From an uncultured Acidobacteriota bacterium (lineage in GTDB: Bacteria; Acidobacteriota; Vicinamibacteria; Fen-336), in assembly GCA_963720545.1 (NCBI GenBank), contig OY970399.1:3200001-3264000 (forward strand): 64,000 nt of DNA, in the 5' to 3' direction. The notes beneath the pieces were generated by a model. It was not told the origin of the DNA. It made no database searches and was given only the letters and a program-made list of their open reading frames with translations. This document shows, piece by piece, positions 20,018-35,397 of this stretch; the first letter of the stretch is position 1, and the number at the start of each line of letters is the position of its first letter. Position numbers and translations under genes: made by a program.

Positions 20018-20882
20018 GTCGCGCAAGCAGAAGCGCGCCCGCGAGCGCGAGGAATACCGTCACAGCGACGGCGGCACCATCGAGCCGGGCGACCGCGACC
20101 TCCTGGCGCGCGAGCGCCCGACGAGCGACTATGACATCGAGTTCTCGTCGGCAGCCTCGCCCATGGAGGAGGTGAGCTTCGCCACCGTCGCCGAGGTGCG
20201 GCCCCAGCCCGCCTCGCGGCCGGTGGAGTCGGCGCTCGGCGAGAACCACCTCATCTCCGAGGAATTGCGCCTGCTGGTGGTGAAGCTGCGCATCATCGCC
20301 GAGCAGCGGCCGTTTCGCTGCATCGGGATAGCCAGCGCGCTCGGCAACGAGGGCAAGACGACGCTCTCCATCGGCATCGCGGCGGCGCTGGCGCGCGAGA
20401 CCGACACCAACGTGCTGCTGCTCGAGGCCGACCTGCGCCGTCCCGGCATCGAGAACTCGCTCGGCCTGCCGGCGGTGCCCGGCGTCGGCGAATGGATCCA
20501 GGGTGAACCCGGTCCGGTGGCGCTGCGCGTGGTGACTCCGCCCGGATTCTCGGTGCTGAGCGCCGGCAAGACCTCGTTCGAGCGCCCCGAACTCCTGAGC
20601 GGCGGGCGCATGAGCAGCCTGCTGCGCGCCGCGCGCCAGCAGTTCGACTACGTGGTCGTCGACTGTCCGCCGATCCTGCCGGTGGCCGACACCGTCATGC
20701 TGCAGGACCGCCTCGACGGCTTCCTGCTGGTGGTGCGTTCGCGTGCCAGCCCGCGCGAAGCCGTGAAGCGCGCCGCTGCCGCGCTCAAGCCCGACCGCAT
20801 CCAGGGGATCTTGTTCAACGACAGCCAGGAAGCCCTTCACAGCTACGACAAGTACTACTCCCACTACCGCTATCGCCAGTAA
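20010..20882 (+). CDS. CpsD/CapB-family bacterial tyrosine kinase
   Basis: Walker A SALGNEGKTT, EADLRRP, VVVDCPP, C-terminal Tyr cluster SYDKYYSHYRY. Confidence 0.92.
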   Translation: MVESRKQKRAREREEYRHSDGGTIEPGDRDLLARERPTSDYDIEFSSAASPMEEVSFATVAEVRPQPASRPVESALGENHLISEELRLLVVKLRIIAEQRPFRCIGIASALGNEGKTTLSIGIAAALARETDTNVLLLEADLRRPGIENSLGLPAVPGVGEWIQGEPGPVALRVVTPPGFSVLSAGKTSFERPELLSGGRMSSLLRAARQQFDYVVVDCPPILPVADTVMLQDRLDGFLLVVRSRASPREAVKRAAAALKPDRIQGILFNDSQEALHSYDKYYSHYRYRQ

Positions 20883-20892
20883 CCGCGCCGGC

Positions 20893-21672
20893 ATGCTCGG
20901 CGAGGGGGAAGTGGTCTTTGCGTTCGTGCCGCTCGACCATGAACCCGGACCCGCCGAGCACGCCTTGATCGACGCGGAAGAGCGCGCCCGCAGCGAACGC
21001 TTCGTGTACCCCGCGGACCGCCGCCGCTACGTGGTCGCACACGCGGCGTTGCGCCAGTTTCTCGCCGCAACGCTTGGGATCGCGGCCGATGCCGTCCGCT
21101 ACGCCGGAGCAGCGCTCGGCAAGCCGCGGCTGCGTAGCGCCGGCGCCGACGGTCCCTTCTTCAACATGTCGCATTCGGGCGAATTCGCGCTGCTCGCGGC
21201 GACTCGCTGCGGCCCGCTCGGCGTGGACCTCGAGGCGCAGCGCGAGGTGGCCCTGCTTGCCGAGGTCGCCGCAAAAAATTTCTCCGCGGCCGAGTGCCGC
21301 CAGCTCTTCGACCTCCCGCCTGCGGACCATGCTGGGGCATTCCTTCGCTGTTGGACGCGCAAGGAGGCGCTCATCAAGGCCGACGGGCGTGGTTTGTCGC
21401 TGCCGCTCGACAGTTTCGACGTGGAGCTTTGCGGCGGCGCCGGCAACCTCCTGCTCCGGGCTGCCGACGCCGCCGGGCTCGACGGCAGCAAGACTTGGAG
21501 CATCAACGACTTGAAGGCGCCCGTGGGCTACGCCGCCGCCGGCGCGCTCGGCACCGGCGTGTGTCTTCCCGCACGCTGGCGGGAGGTTGTGGGCCCGTCA
21601 CTGGGCGGCGCGAACCCGCACGCTAAGATCGCTTCATCCATGCAACCCAATGGGCCGGGCGGCCGCGCGTGA
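20893..21672 (+). CDS. 4'-phosphopantetheinyl transferase (Sfp type)
   Basis: GKP, FNMSHSG, LGVDLE, WTRKEALIKA motifs. Confidence 0.93.
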   Translation: MLGEGEVVFAFVPLDHEPGPAEHALIDAEERARSERFVYPADRRRYVVAHAALRQFLAATLGIAADAVRYAGAALGKPRLRSAGADGPFFNMSHSGEFALLAATRCGPLGVDLEAQREVALLAEVAAKNFSAAECRQLFDLPPADHAGAFLRCWTRKEALIKADGRGLSLPLDSFDVELCGGAGNLLLRAADAAGLDGSKTWSINDLKAPVGYAAAGALGTGVCLPARWREVVGPSLGGANPHAKIASSMQPNGPGGRA

Positions 21673-21682
21673 GCCGCACAGC

Positions 21683-28003
<6,321 letters not shown>

Positions 28004-31000
28004 GTGAGCTACCAGGACGCCTACGATCCCGAAGAGGGCATCGCCATCATCGGCCTCGCCGGCCGCTTCCCGGGCGCCGCGGACGTGGACGAATTCTGGC
28101 GCAACCTCGAGGCCGGCCGCGAGACGATCGCGAGCTTTGCGCCCGGCGAACTCGAGCCGGCGCTGGGCGAAGAGGCGCCGTCGCGCAACGACCCCGCGTA
28201 CGTGCGCGCGCGCGGCATTCTCGAGGGCATCGACCTCTTCGACGCGTCGTTCTTCGGCATCACGCCGAAGGAGGCCGAGATCCTCGACCCGCAGCAGCGC
28301 GTGTTCATGGAGGCGGCCTGGCACGCCCTCGAGAACGCCGGCTACGACGCACGCGCCTTCGGCGGCGCCATCGGCGTGTTCGCGGGCATGAGCAACAACA
28401 CCTATTTCCGCGAGAACCTCGCGGCGCGTGCCGACGTCACCGACCTGGCGGGCTGGCTGACGACGATGATGGCGAACGAGAAGGACTATCTCGCGACGCG
28501 CATCGCCTACAAGTTCGACCTGCGCGGCCCGGCGCTCAACATCCAGACCGCGTGCTCCACTTCGCTGGTCGCCGTGTGCGCCGCGGTGCAGAGCCTGCTG
28601 ACCTACCAGTGCGACCTGGCGCTTGCCGGCGGCGTCTCGATCACGCTGCCGCAGCGGCGCGGCTACCTGCACCAGGAGGGCGGCATCACCTCGAGCGACG
28701 GCCATTGCCGCACCTTCGACGCGAGCGCCTCGGGCACCGTCTTCAGCAATGGCCTGGGGCTCGTCGCCCTGCGCCGCCTGCGCGACGCGCTCGCCGACCG
28801 CGACACGATCTACGCGGTCATCAAGGGCGCCGGCATGAACAACGACGGCTCGGCGAAGGTGAGTTTCACCGCGCCCAGCGTTTCCGGGCACGCCGCCGTC
28901 ATCGCCCTTGCGCAGGCGCTCTCCGGCATCGACCCGCAGACGATCTCCTACGTCGAGGCGCACGGCACCGCGACACCACTCGGCGACCCGGTCGAGCTTG
29001 CGGGATTGACGCAGGCGTTTCGCGCCGGCGGTGCCGCAGGCACCGGTTTCTGCGCGATCGGCTCGGTGAAGAGCAATGTCGGCCACCTCGACGCCGCCGC
29101 CGGCGTCGCGGGCCTCATCAAGACGGCGCTGGCGCTGCACCACAAGACGCTGCCCGCGAGCCTGCACTTCCAGGCGCCGAATCCCAAGCTCGAGCTCGAG
29201 TCGTCGCCCTTTCGCGTGGTGACGGCGCGCGAGGACTGGCGGCCGGCTCCGGGCTTTCCGCGGCGCGCCGCGGTCAGTTCGTTCGGCGTCGGCGGCACCA
29301 ACGCCCATGTGGTGCTCGAAGAGGCGCCGCCGCACGCAGGAGCCGGCGGCGGGGACAGCGACGGCGAACAACTGCTGGTGCTCTCGGCGCGCTCGCGCGA
29401 AGCGCTCGATCTCGCGACCGGGCACCTCGGCGAGTATCTCGCGAGCCGCAGCGACATTGCGCTCGCCGACGCCGCGTTCACGCTGCAGGCGGGCCGCCGG
29501 CGCTTCAACCACCGGCGCGCGCTGGTGGTGCGCGATCGCGCCGACGCGCTGCAGCAGCTGGCGGCGGCGGGGAAGGCGGTCGCAACCGAGAGCGCCGACG
29601 AGGGCCGCACGGTTTCCTTCCTGTTTCCCGGACAGGGCTCGCAGGCGCCGTCGATGGCGCGCGGGCTGTACGACGGCGACCCGGCGTTTCGCAGCGACAT
29701 CGACGAGTGCGCGCAGGTGCTGCGCGCCGCCCTCGGCTTCGACTTGCGCGAAGTGCTCTATCCGGCGCCGGCACAGGAAGCAGCGGCGGCGGAGAGACTG
29801 CTGCAGACTTCGGTCACGCAGCCGGCGCTGTTTGTCGTCGAGTACGCGCTGGCGCGTGCGTGGCAGCGGCTGGGCGTCGAGCCCGACGGCATGCTGGGCC
29901 ATTCGGTCGGCGAGTACGTCGCCGCCACGCTTGGGTCGGTGTTCACCCGCGACGACGCCCTGCGCCTCGTGGCGCAGCGTGGCCAACTGATGCAGGCGCT
30001 GCCGCCGGGCGCCATGCTCGCCGTGAAGGCCGGCGCCGAAGCCGTGGCGGAGCTGCTGGCCGCGTTCGATGGCGCTGGCGTCGAGATTGCCGCCCGCAAC
30101 GCGCCGCTCCTGACCGTGGTCTCCGGGACGGAAGAGAAGATCGCCGCCTTCGAGGAGCGCGCGCGCGGTGCGGGCCTCGCCGCGAAGCGCCTCGCCACCT
30201 CGCACGCGTTCCACTCGGCGATGATGGAGCCGATCCTCGAAACCTTCACGAAGCTGGTGGCCGCGACGCCGCGCAGCGCGCCGCAGCTGCCATGGGTCTC
30301 GAGCCTCACCGGCACGTGGATCACGACCGCCGAGGCGCAATCGCCGGCGTACTGGGCCGAGCAGCTGCGCCGCCCGGTGTTGTTCGCCACCGGCGCTGCG
30401 ACGCTCCTCGCCGATCCACGGCGGGTCACGCTCGAGGTCGGGCCAGGCCAGCAGCTCACGGGTCTCGTCCGCCAGACGGTTCAAGGCCGCGCCGGTGCGG
30501 CATCGCTTGCGCCTTCGCTCCTCGCGGCGGCCGCTCGCTTGTGGACCGTCGGCGTCGACCTCGACTGGACGGCGTTCCAGCAAGGCGCCGCGCGGCGACG
30601 TGTGCCGCTCCCCGGCTATCCGTTCGAACACAAGCGCTATTGGGTCGAACCCGGGACCCAGGCGCTGCCCCCGGCCGCCGTCGCCTTTTCACAACCGGAA
30701 CAACATGAGGAACAGCAGATGACAGTCACCGCCGTTTCCGCCCCCGCGCGCATCGACGCCCTGGTGGTCCGGCTGCAGGCGCTCTTCTCCGACTTGTCGG
30801 GCATCGACGCCGCGAGCCTGCCGCCGGGGACCGCCTTCCTCGAACTCGGGCTCGACTCGCTGTTCCTCACCCAGGCGGCGACGCTGCTGCAGAAGACCTT
30901 CGGCGTGAAGGTGACGTTCCGCGAGCTGCTCGACGAGCTGTCCACGATCGGCGCGCTGGCCGCCCACCTCGACAAGCTCCTGCCCCCGGACGCGGCGCCC

Positions 31001-32785
31001 GCGGCGCCCGGCACGGCGGCGCATGCAGCTGCGGCAGCGCGTCCCGCGGCCGCCGCCGCGGCGGCGACATTCGCCGGTGCCGGCGGCAGCGCCGTGGAAC
31101 GCCTGATCGCCGACCAGCTCGAGTTGATGCGCCAACAGCTCGAGATGATGCGCGGCGGCGCTCCGGCCCCGGCGGCGGCAGCACGGCCCGCGGAGCTTGC
31201 GCCACAGGCGGCAGCGCCGGCGCGCGTGGTGACGAACGCGCCGCCGATCGCCGCACCGGTTGTCGCCTTCGGCCCGTACCGTCCGCCCGCCAAGGGTCCG
31301 ATGGGCGGCCTCACCGAGCGCCAGCAGCAGGGCCTCGCCGCCATCATCGAGCGCTATACGAAGAAGACCGCGGGCTCGAAGGCGGCGACCGCGAAGAACC
31401 GCCCGCACCTCGCCGATCCGCGCTCGGTTGCCGGCTTCCGCCTCATGTGGAAGGAAATCGTCTACCCGATCGTCACGGTGCGCTCTCTCGGCTCGCGACT
31501 CTGGGACGTGGACGGCAACGAGTACGTGGACCTCACCAACGGCTTCGGCATGATCTTCTTCGGCCACAACCCGCAGTTCGTGCGCGACGCGGTGAAGGCG
31601 CAGATGGACCAGGGCGTCGAGATCGGGCCGCAGTCGCCGCTGGCGGGCGAAGTTGCCGAGCGCGTGGCGCGCATGGTCGGCATGGACCGCGTCGCTTTCT
31701 GCAACACCGGCTCGGAAGCGGTCACCGCGGCGATCCGCCTGGCGCGCACGGTCAGCGGCCGCGACAAGATCGCGATGTTCGCCGGCGCCTACCACGGCAT
31801 CTTCGACGAGGTGCTGGTGCGGCCGGCAGGGCAGCGCTCGATGCCGATCGCCCCGGGCATCCCGGCCGGCATGGTCGACAACGTCGTGATCCTCGACTAC
31901 GGCAGCGACAGCGCGCTGGAATACCTGAAGGCGCACGGCTCGGAGCTGGCTGCGCTGCTGGTGGAGCCGGTGCAGAGCCGGCGCCCAGACCTGCAGCCGC
32001 GCGAGTTCCTGCACGAGGTACGCCGCCTCACCGAGGCCTCGGGCACGGCGCTGGTGTTCGACGAAGTGGTCACCGGCTTCCGCACGCATCCCGGCGGCGC
32101 GCAGGCGATCTTCGGCATCAAGGCCGACATGGCGACCTACGGCAAGGTGATCGGCGGCGGCCTGCCGATCGGCCTGATCACCGGCCGCCGCGAATACATG
32201 GACGCGCTCGACGGCGGCTCCTGGCAGTACGGCGACGATTCGATCCCGGAAGTCGGCGTGACCTTCTTCGCCGGCACCTTCGTTCGTCATCCGTTGGCTC
32301 TGGCTGCGGCCAGGGCGGTGGTGGCGCACCTCGAGGAGGCTGGTCCCGAGCTGCAGCGCGGGCTGAACAAGAAGACCACTGCCTTCGCGGCGCGCCTCAA
32401 CGACCACGCCGCGCAGGTCAACGCGCCGGTGCGCGCCATGCACTTCTCGTCGTGGATCTACGTCAACTTCCCGGCCGACGTGAGCCACTCGGGCCTGTTC
32501 CACTTCCTGATGCGCGCGCGCGGCGTGCACGTGTGGGAGGGCCGCTGCTGGTTCCTGACCACCAGCCACACCGACGCCGACCTCGACTTCGTGTTCGAGG
32601 CGTTCCGCGACACGATCGCCGAACTGCAGGCGGCGGAGTTCCTGCCGGGCGGAGTGAGCGAAGCGCCGCTCGCCGGCGCGCGCCGCGGCAAGGACGCCGC
32701 CGGCCGCGACGCCTGGTTCGTTCCGGATCCGGACCGTCCGGGCAAGTACTTCCAGGTCGAGGAGGGTGCGGCCACCCCTAACTGA
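28004..32785 (+). CDS. Type I PKS module KS-AT-ACP fused to class III PLP aminotransferase
   Basis: KS TACSTS/EAHGT/KSNVGH; AT GHSVG, HAFHS; ACP LGLDSL; aminotransferase NTGSEA, FDEVVTGFR, YGKVIGGG. Confidence 0.93.
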   Translation: MSYQDAYDPEEGIAIIGLAGRFPGAADVDEFWRNLEAGRETIASFAPGELEPALGEEAPSRNDPAYVRARGILEGIDLFDASFFGITPKEAEILDPQQRVFMEAAWHALENAGYDARAFGGAIGVFAGMSNNTYFRENLAARADVTDLAGWLTTMMANEKDYLATRIAYKFDLRGPALNIQTACSTSLVAVCAAVQSLLTYQCDLALAGGVSITLPQRRGYLHQEGGITSSDGHCRTFDASASGTVFSNGLGLVALRRLRDALADRDTIYAVIKGAGMNNDGSAKVSFTAPSVSGHAAVIALAQALSGIDPQTISYVEAHGTATPLGDPVELAGLTQAFRAGGAAGTGFCAIGSVKSNVGHLDAAAGVAGLIKTALALHHKTLPASLHFQAPNPKLELESSPFRVVTAREDWRPAPGFPRRAAVSSFGVGGTNAHVVLEEAPPHAGAGGGDSDGEQLLVLSARSREALDLATGHLGEYLASRSDIALADAAFTLQAGRRRFNHRRALVVRDRADALQQLAAAGKAVATESADEGRTVSFLFPGQGSQAPSMARGLYDGDPAFRSDIDECAQVLRAALGFDLREVLYPAPAQEAAAAERLLQTSVTQPALFVVEYALARAWQRLGVEPDGMLGHSVGEYVAATLGSVFTRDDALRLVAQRGQLMQALPPGAMLAVKAGAEAVAELLAAFDGAGVEIAARNAPLLTVVSGTEEKIAAFEERARGAGLAAKRLATSHAFHSAMMEPILETFTKLVAATPRSAPQLPWVSSLTGTWITTAEAQSPAYWAEQLRRPVLFATGAATLLADPRRVTLEVGPGQQLTGLVRQTVQGRAGAASLAPSLLAAAARLWTVGVDLDWTAFQQGAARRRVPLPGYPFEHKRYWVEPGTQALPPAAVAFSQPEQHEEQQMTVTAVSAPARIDALVVRLQALFSDLSGIDAASLPPGTAFLELGLDSLFLTQAATLLQKTFGVKVTFRELLDELSTIGALAAHLDKLLPPDAAPAAPGTAAHAAAAARPAAAAAAATFAGAGGSAVERLIADQLELMRQQLEMMRGGAPAPAAAARPAELAPQAAAPARVVTNAPPIAAPVVAFGPYRPPAKGPMGGLTERQQQGLAAIIERYTKKTAGSKAATAKNRPHLADPRSVAGFRLMWKEIVYPIVTVRSLGSRLWDVDGNEYVDLTNGFGMIFFGHNPQFVRDAVKAQMDQGVEIGPQSPLAGEVAERVARMVGMDRVAFCNTGSEAVTAAIRLARTVSGRDKIAMFAGAYHGIFDEVLVRPAGQRSMPIAPGIPAGMVDNVVILDYGSDSALEYLKAHGSELAALLVEPVQSRRPDLQPREFLHEVRRLTEASGTALVFDEVVTGFRTHPGGAQAIFGIKADMATYGKVIGGGLPIGLITGRREYMDALDGGSWQYGDDSIPEVGVTFFAGTFVRHPLALAAARAVVAHLEEAGPELQRGLNKKTTAFAARLNDHAAQVNAPVRAMHFSSWIYVNFPADVSHSGLFHFLMRARGVHVWEGRCWFLTTSHTDADLDFVFEAFRDTIAELQAAEFLPGGVSEAPLAGARRGKDAAGRDAWFVPDPDRPGKYFQVEEGAATPN

Positions 32786-32812
32786 GCGCTGGCAAGAACA
32801 CGGTTCGGCCGT

Positions 32813-33673
32813 TCACAACAGCTCGACCAACGGCAGGACGACTTGCATGACGCTCAACACGGCGCCGATCATTTTGCTTTTGAGGGACCAGCCGCTGGCA
32901 GCCATCGAGGCGCAGTAGTCCTTCTTGAAGTTGGCCCAGTTGGCCTGGTTCGCGCCGTTGATCGATACCGTGATCGAAGGGCTGAGGATGCGCGCGGTGT
33001 GCCACCAGCCAGACGGTACGAACAGCGTCTCGCCCGCGTGGAGCTGGAAACGGATGCCCTGCGCCTTGTCGAAGAGCGGAAACTTCGCCAGGTCGGGCTG
33101 CATGCCGTCTCCCACCTGCGACTCGTTCCCGTACTTGCTGGTCGTGTTCGGATACACGAATGGCGTCTGATCCGGTGCGTACGCCACGTACTCCTTGTCG
33201 CCGAACACCTGCATCAGGAAGGCGTGCGTGTGGTAACCGTCGTAGTGCAGGACGTGGAACCTTGCACCCGGCCCGCCGATGAAGATCTCCTTGTAAGTCT
33301 GGTCGACTCGCGAAGGAAACAAGGCACTCGCCAACCAGTTGGGCTCGGTGCAGTCGGGCATCGGTGAAATGTCCTTGTGCAACTCCTTCGGCCACTCGGA
33401 GAGCTTCTGGTTGCGCAGATAAGGGGCTGGTTGGCTTGGGCTCGAGGCCATGACCTGGTCGATCAGGTCGTGAAGCGGCATTTCCTTGCCATCGACGCGC
33501 ACCTGCAGGTCGCCGTGGTTGACCTTGAAGAAATCCGGTGTCCAGCGGCCGAGCGCCGGCCAATGCCGGATCGCGTCGGTGATGATGACGGGCCGCAGTG
33601 GCAGCAGGTATTGGAGGATGAAGTCCTCATGGCGCATGCCGCTGCGCCGGTCAATCGCGTTGTCCACCAACAT
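32813..33673 (-). CDS. JmjC/cupin-like Fe(II)/2-oxoglutarate oxygenase
   Basis: RPVII..WPAL..WT N-terminus; HYD...GWWH facial triad; GETLFVPSGWWH. Confidence 0.88.
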   Translation of the reverse strand: MLVDNAIDRRSGMRHEDFILQYLLPLRPVIITDAIRHWPALGRWTPDFFKVNHGDLQVRVDGKEMPLHDLIDQVMASSPSQPAPYLRNQKLSEWPKELHKDISPMPDCTEPNWLASALFPSRVDQTYKEIFIGGPGARFHVLHYDGYHTHAFLMQVFGDKEYVAYAPDQTPFVYPNTTSKYGNESQVGDGMQPDLAKFPLFDKAQGIRFQLHAGETLFVPSGWWHTARILSPSITVSINGANQANWANFKKDYCASMAASGWSLKSKMIGAVLSVMQVVLPLVELL

Positions 33674-33712
33674 AGGTTCGTCTCCTGATCCGATCCGTCC
33701 GATCCTGATCCG

Positions 33713-34621
33713 TCAGCCGGTGTCGACACCCGCCAATGCCGGGCGCGCGGCGGCGTCGGCGTCGACGAAGCCGCGCATCCAATCGACGACTACGCTCGTG
33801 AGCCGGTCCGCTGCGTCGAGCGGAGCAAATGTGTGGTTCGTGCCACCGATGACCGCAACCTGCAACGCGGGGCCTGTCACCAGGCGCCGGGAGAGAAGCT
33901 TGCGGAAGTTATGGTACGACACGTCGTGTCTGGAGTACACGAGGAGAATGCGCCGCGTGCGGCAAGCTTCCTGAATGTCCCTGACCACGTCCTGCCAGGC
34001 CTGGTCTTCGACCAGGCGGTCCTGGCTGATGGGAGTTTCCATCCCCTCCGGTGGCGCCGGCGGCGCCGACCAGACGCTTGTCAGCCCCCTGACGATCAGG
34101 CCCGGATCGCGGAAGGCGCGGCTCCAGGTTCGCGCGTAGAACGCCCGCGCGACCTTGCGGCGCAGTTCGTAGGAAGGGCTGTCGGCCGAGTAGAGCTCGG
34201 CAAGGACGGCGCCGACGACCCGGGGTTCGACGCGCACGATCGCCAGGCCGTTGTCGGCGCCCGAGCAGATGCCGAAGAGGGCGAACTTGCGGATGCCGAG
34301 CCGTTCGTCCAGGAGTCGCATCGCCGCGCGCACTTCGCCGAGAACGCGCTCGCCGTGGCCGGCGTCCGTTGCCGCAAACTCGCTCTCACCGATCCCCGAG
34401 AGGTCGAAACGCAGGGACGCGAACCCGTGCTCGGCCAGGCTTCGCGCCAGCGTGACATGGCAGCGGTTCGGCCCGACGCGATGCACGATGCCGGCGTTCA
34501 GGAAGATCATGGCGACGTCGCGGCAAGGTTGGCCCGGCTCGAGGAGGATCCCCGACAGGGCGTGCCGGTCGCCGAACGCCACGGGCGTTTCCCGGATCAC
34601 GTCGCGTCGGCGCTCAGCCAT
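33713..34621 (-). CDS. Alpha/beta-hydrolase-fold protein with Cys at nucleophile elbow (GICSG)
   Basis: LNAG..HRVGPNR, LRFDLSGIGES, GICSG, TNHTF; resembles EPS/exosortase-associated hydrolase 1 type. Confidence 0.8.
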   Translation of the reverse strand: MAERRRDVIRETPVAFGDRHALSGILLEPGQPCRDVAMIFLNAGIVHRVGPNRCHVTLARSLAEHGFASLRFDLSGIGESEFAATDAGHGERVLGEVRAAMRLLDERLGIRKFALFGICSGADNGLAIVRVEPRVVGAVLAELYSADSPSYELRRKVARAFYARTWSRAFRDPGLIVRGLTSVWSAPPAPPEGMETPISQDRLVEDQAWQDVVRDIQEACRTRRILLVYSRHDVSYHNFRKLLSRRLVTGPALQVAVIGGTNHTFAPLDAADRLTSVVVDWMRGFVDADAAARPALAGVDTG

Positions 34622-35397
34622 TTGACGATCTGCGTGAGGGTGACGGCAGGCACCACGCCCTGGACCGGGTCTTCATCGTCCTTCCAGACCGACACCGGGC
34701 AGGTCGCTTCCTCGACCACCGCGGCGAGCTTTGCCCCCCTGACCGTGGCTGCTCCCGCCGTCGCCGCGCGCGTGTCCGCGTCGATGACCAGCGCGCGTTC
34801 GGCAAGGCGGCGATCGAACGTCTGCAGGGTGAAACCGGCGATCGACTGCCGCATGGCGACCCCGAGGGAAAGGCCGAACATATCCCAGGTTGGGTCCTGC
34901 GGACGCGCGGCGCGCGAAGTGACCCATGGCCGATGGTCGATCCAGGCCTGATGCGTGGCCCAGAGCTCGTCGAGATAGGCCGAACCGTCCCAGACGGGTT
35001 CCCACAGCACCAGGCTTCGCACGTCGCGGCGGGCTCGCGCCGCGAGGCACCCGATGGCCGTGCCCAGGCGCATGCCGACGATCGCCAACCGGGAGACTCC
35101 ACTTTCCTTCTTCAGGATGTCGAGCGCGGCCTGCGTGTCCGACACCCAGTTCTCCAGGCTCGCGTCGGCAAGCGCGCCGGCCGAGTCGCCGGTGCCGCGA
35201 TAGTCGAACCGCAGCACGTGGCAGCCTGCCCGCGCCAACTGCAAACCGAGCCGCCGCAGCGCCCGGTGCGCGCGAAGGTACTCGGCTCCAAAAGGCTGGC
35301 AGACCACGATGCCGAGATCGCGGTCCGCTGAAGACAGGGGCGGCTGGTGAACGCCGAACAGGCGCCCGTCCGCCGGCCCGAAATGGAAGGTTTTCAT
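34597..35397 (-). CDS. Alpha/beta-hydrolase-fold protein with Arg at elbow (GMRLG)
   Basis: ATG 35397 overlaps NRPS stop (ATGA); PFGAE, LRFDYRGTGDSAG, GMRLG, LWEPV.DG..YL; resembles EPS/exosortase-associated hydrolase 2 type. Confidence 0.8.
   Translation of the reverse strand: MKTFHFGPADGRLFGVHQPPLSSADRDLGIVVCQPFGAEYLRAHRALRRLGLQLARAGCHVLRFDYRGTGDSAGALADASLENWVSDTQAALDILKKESGVSRLAIVGMRLGTAIGCLAARARRDVRSLVLWEPVWDGSAYLDELWATHQAWIDHRPWVTSRAARPQDPTWDMFGLSLGVAMRQSIAGFTLQTFDRRLAERALVIDADTRAATAGAATVRGAKLAAVVEEATCPVSVWKDDEDPVQGVVPAVTLTQIVKWLSADAT

Noticed and set aside
28004..32785. Microcystin/mycosubtilin-type cluster
   Set aside because: Shares only the KS-AT-ACP-AMT unit; other modules, fatty acyl ligase and TE are absent
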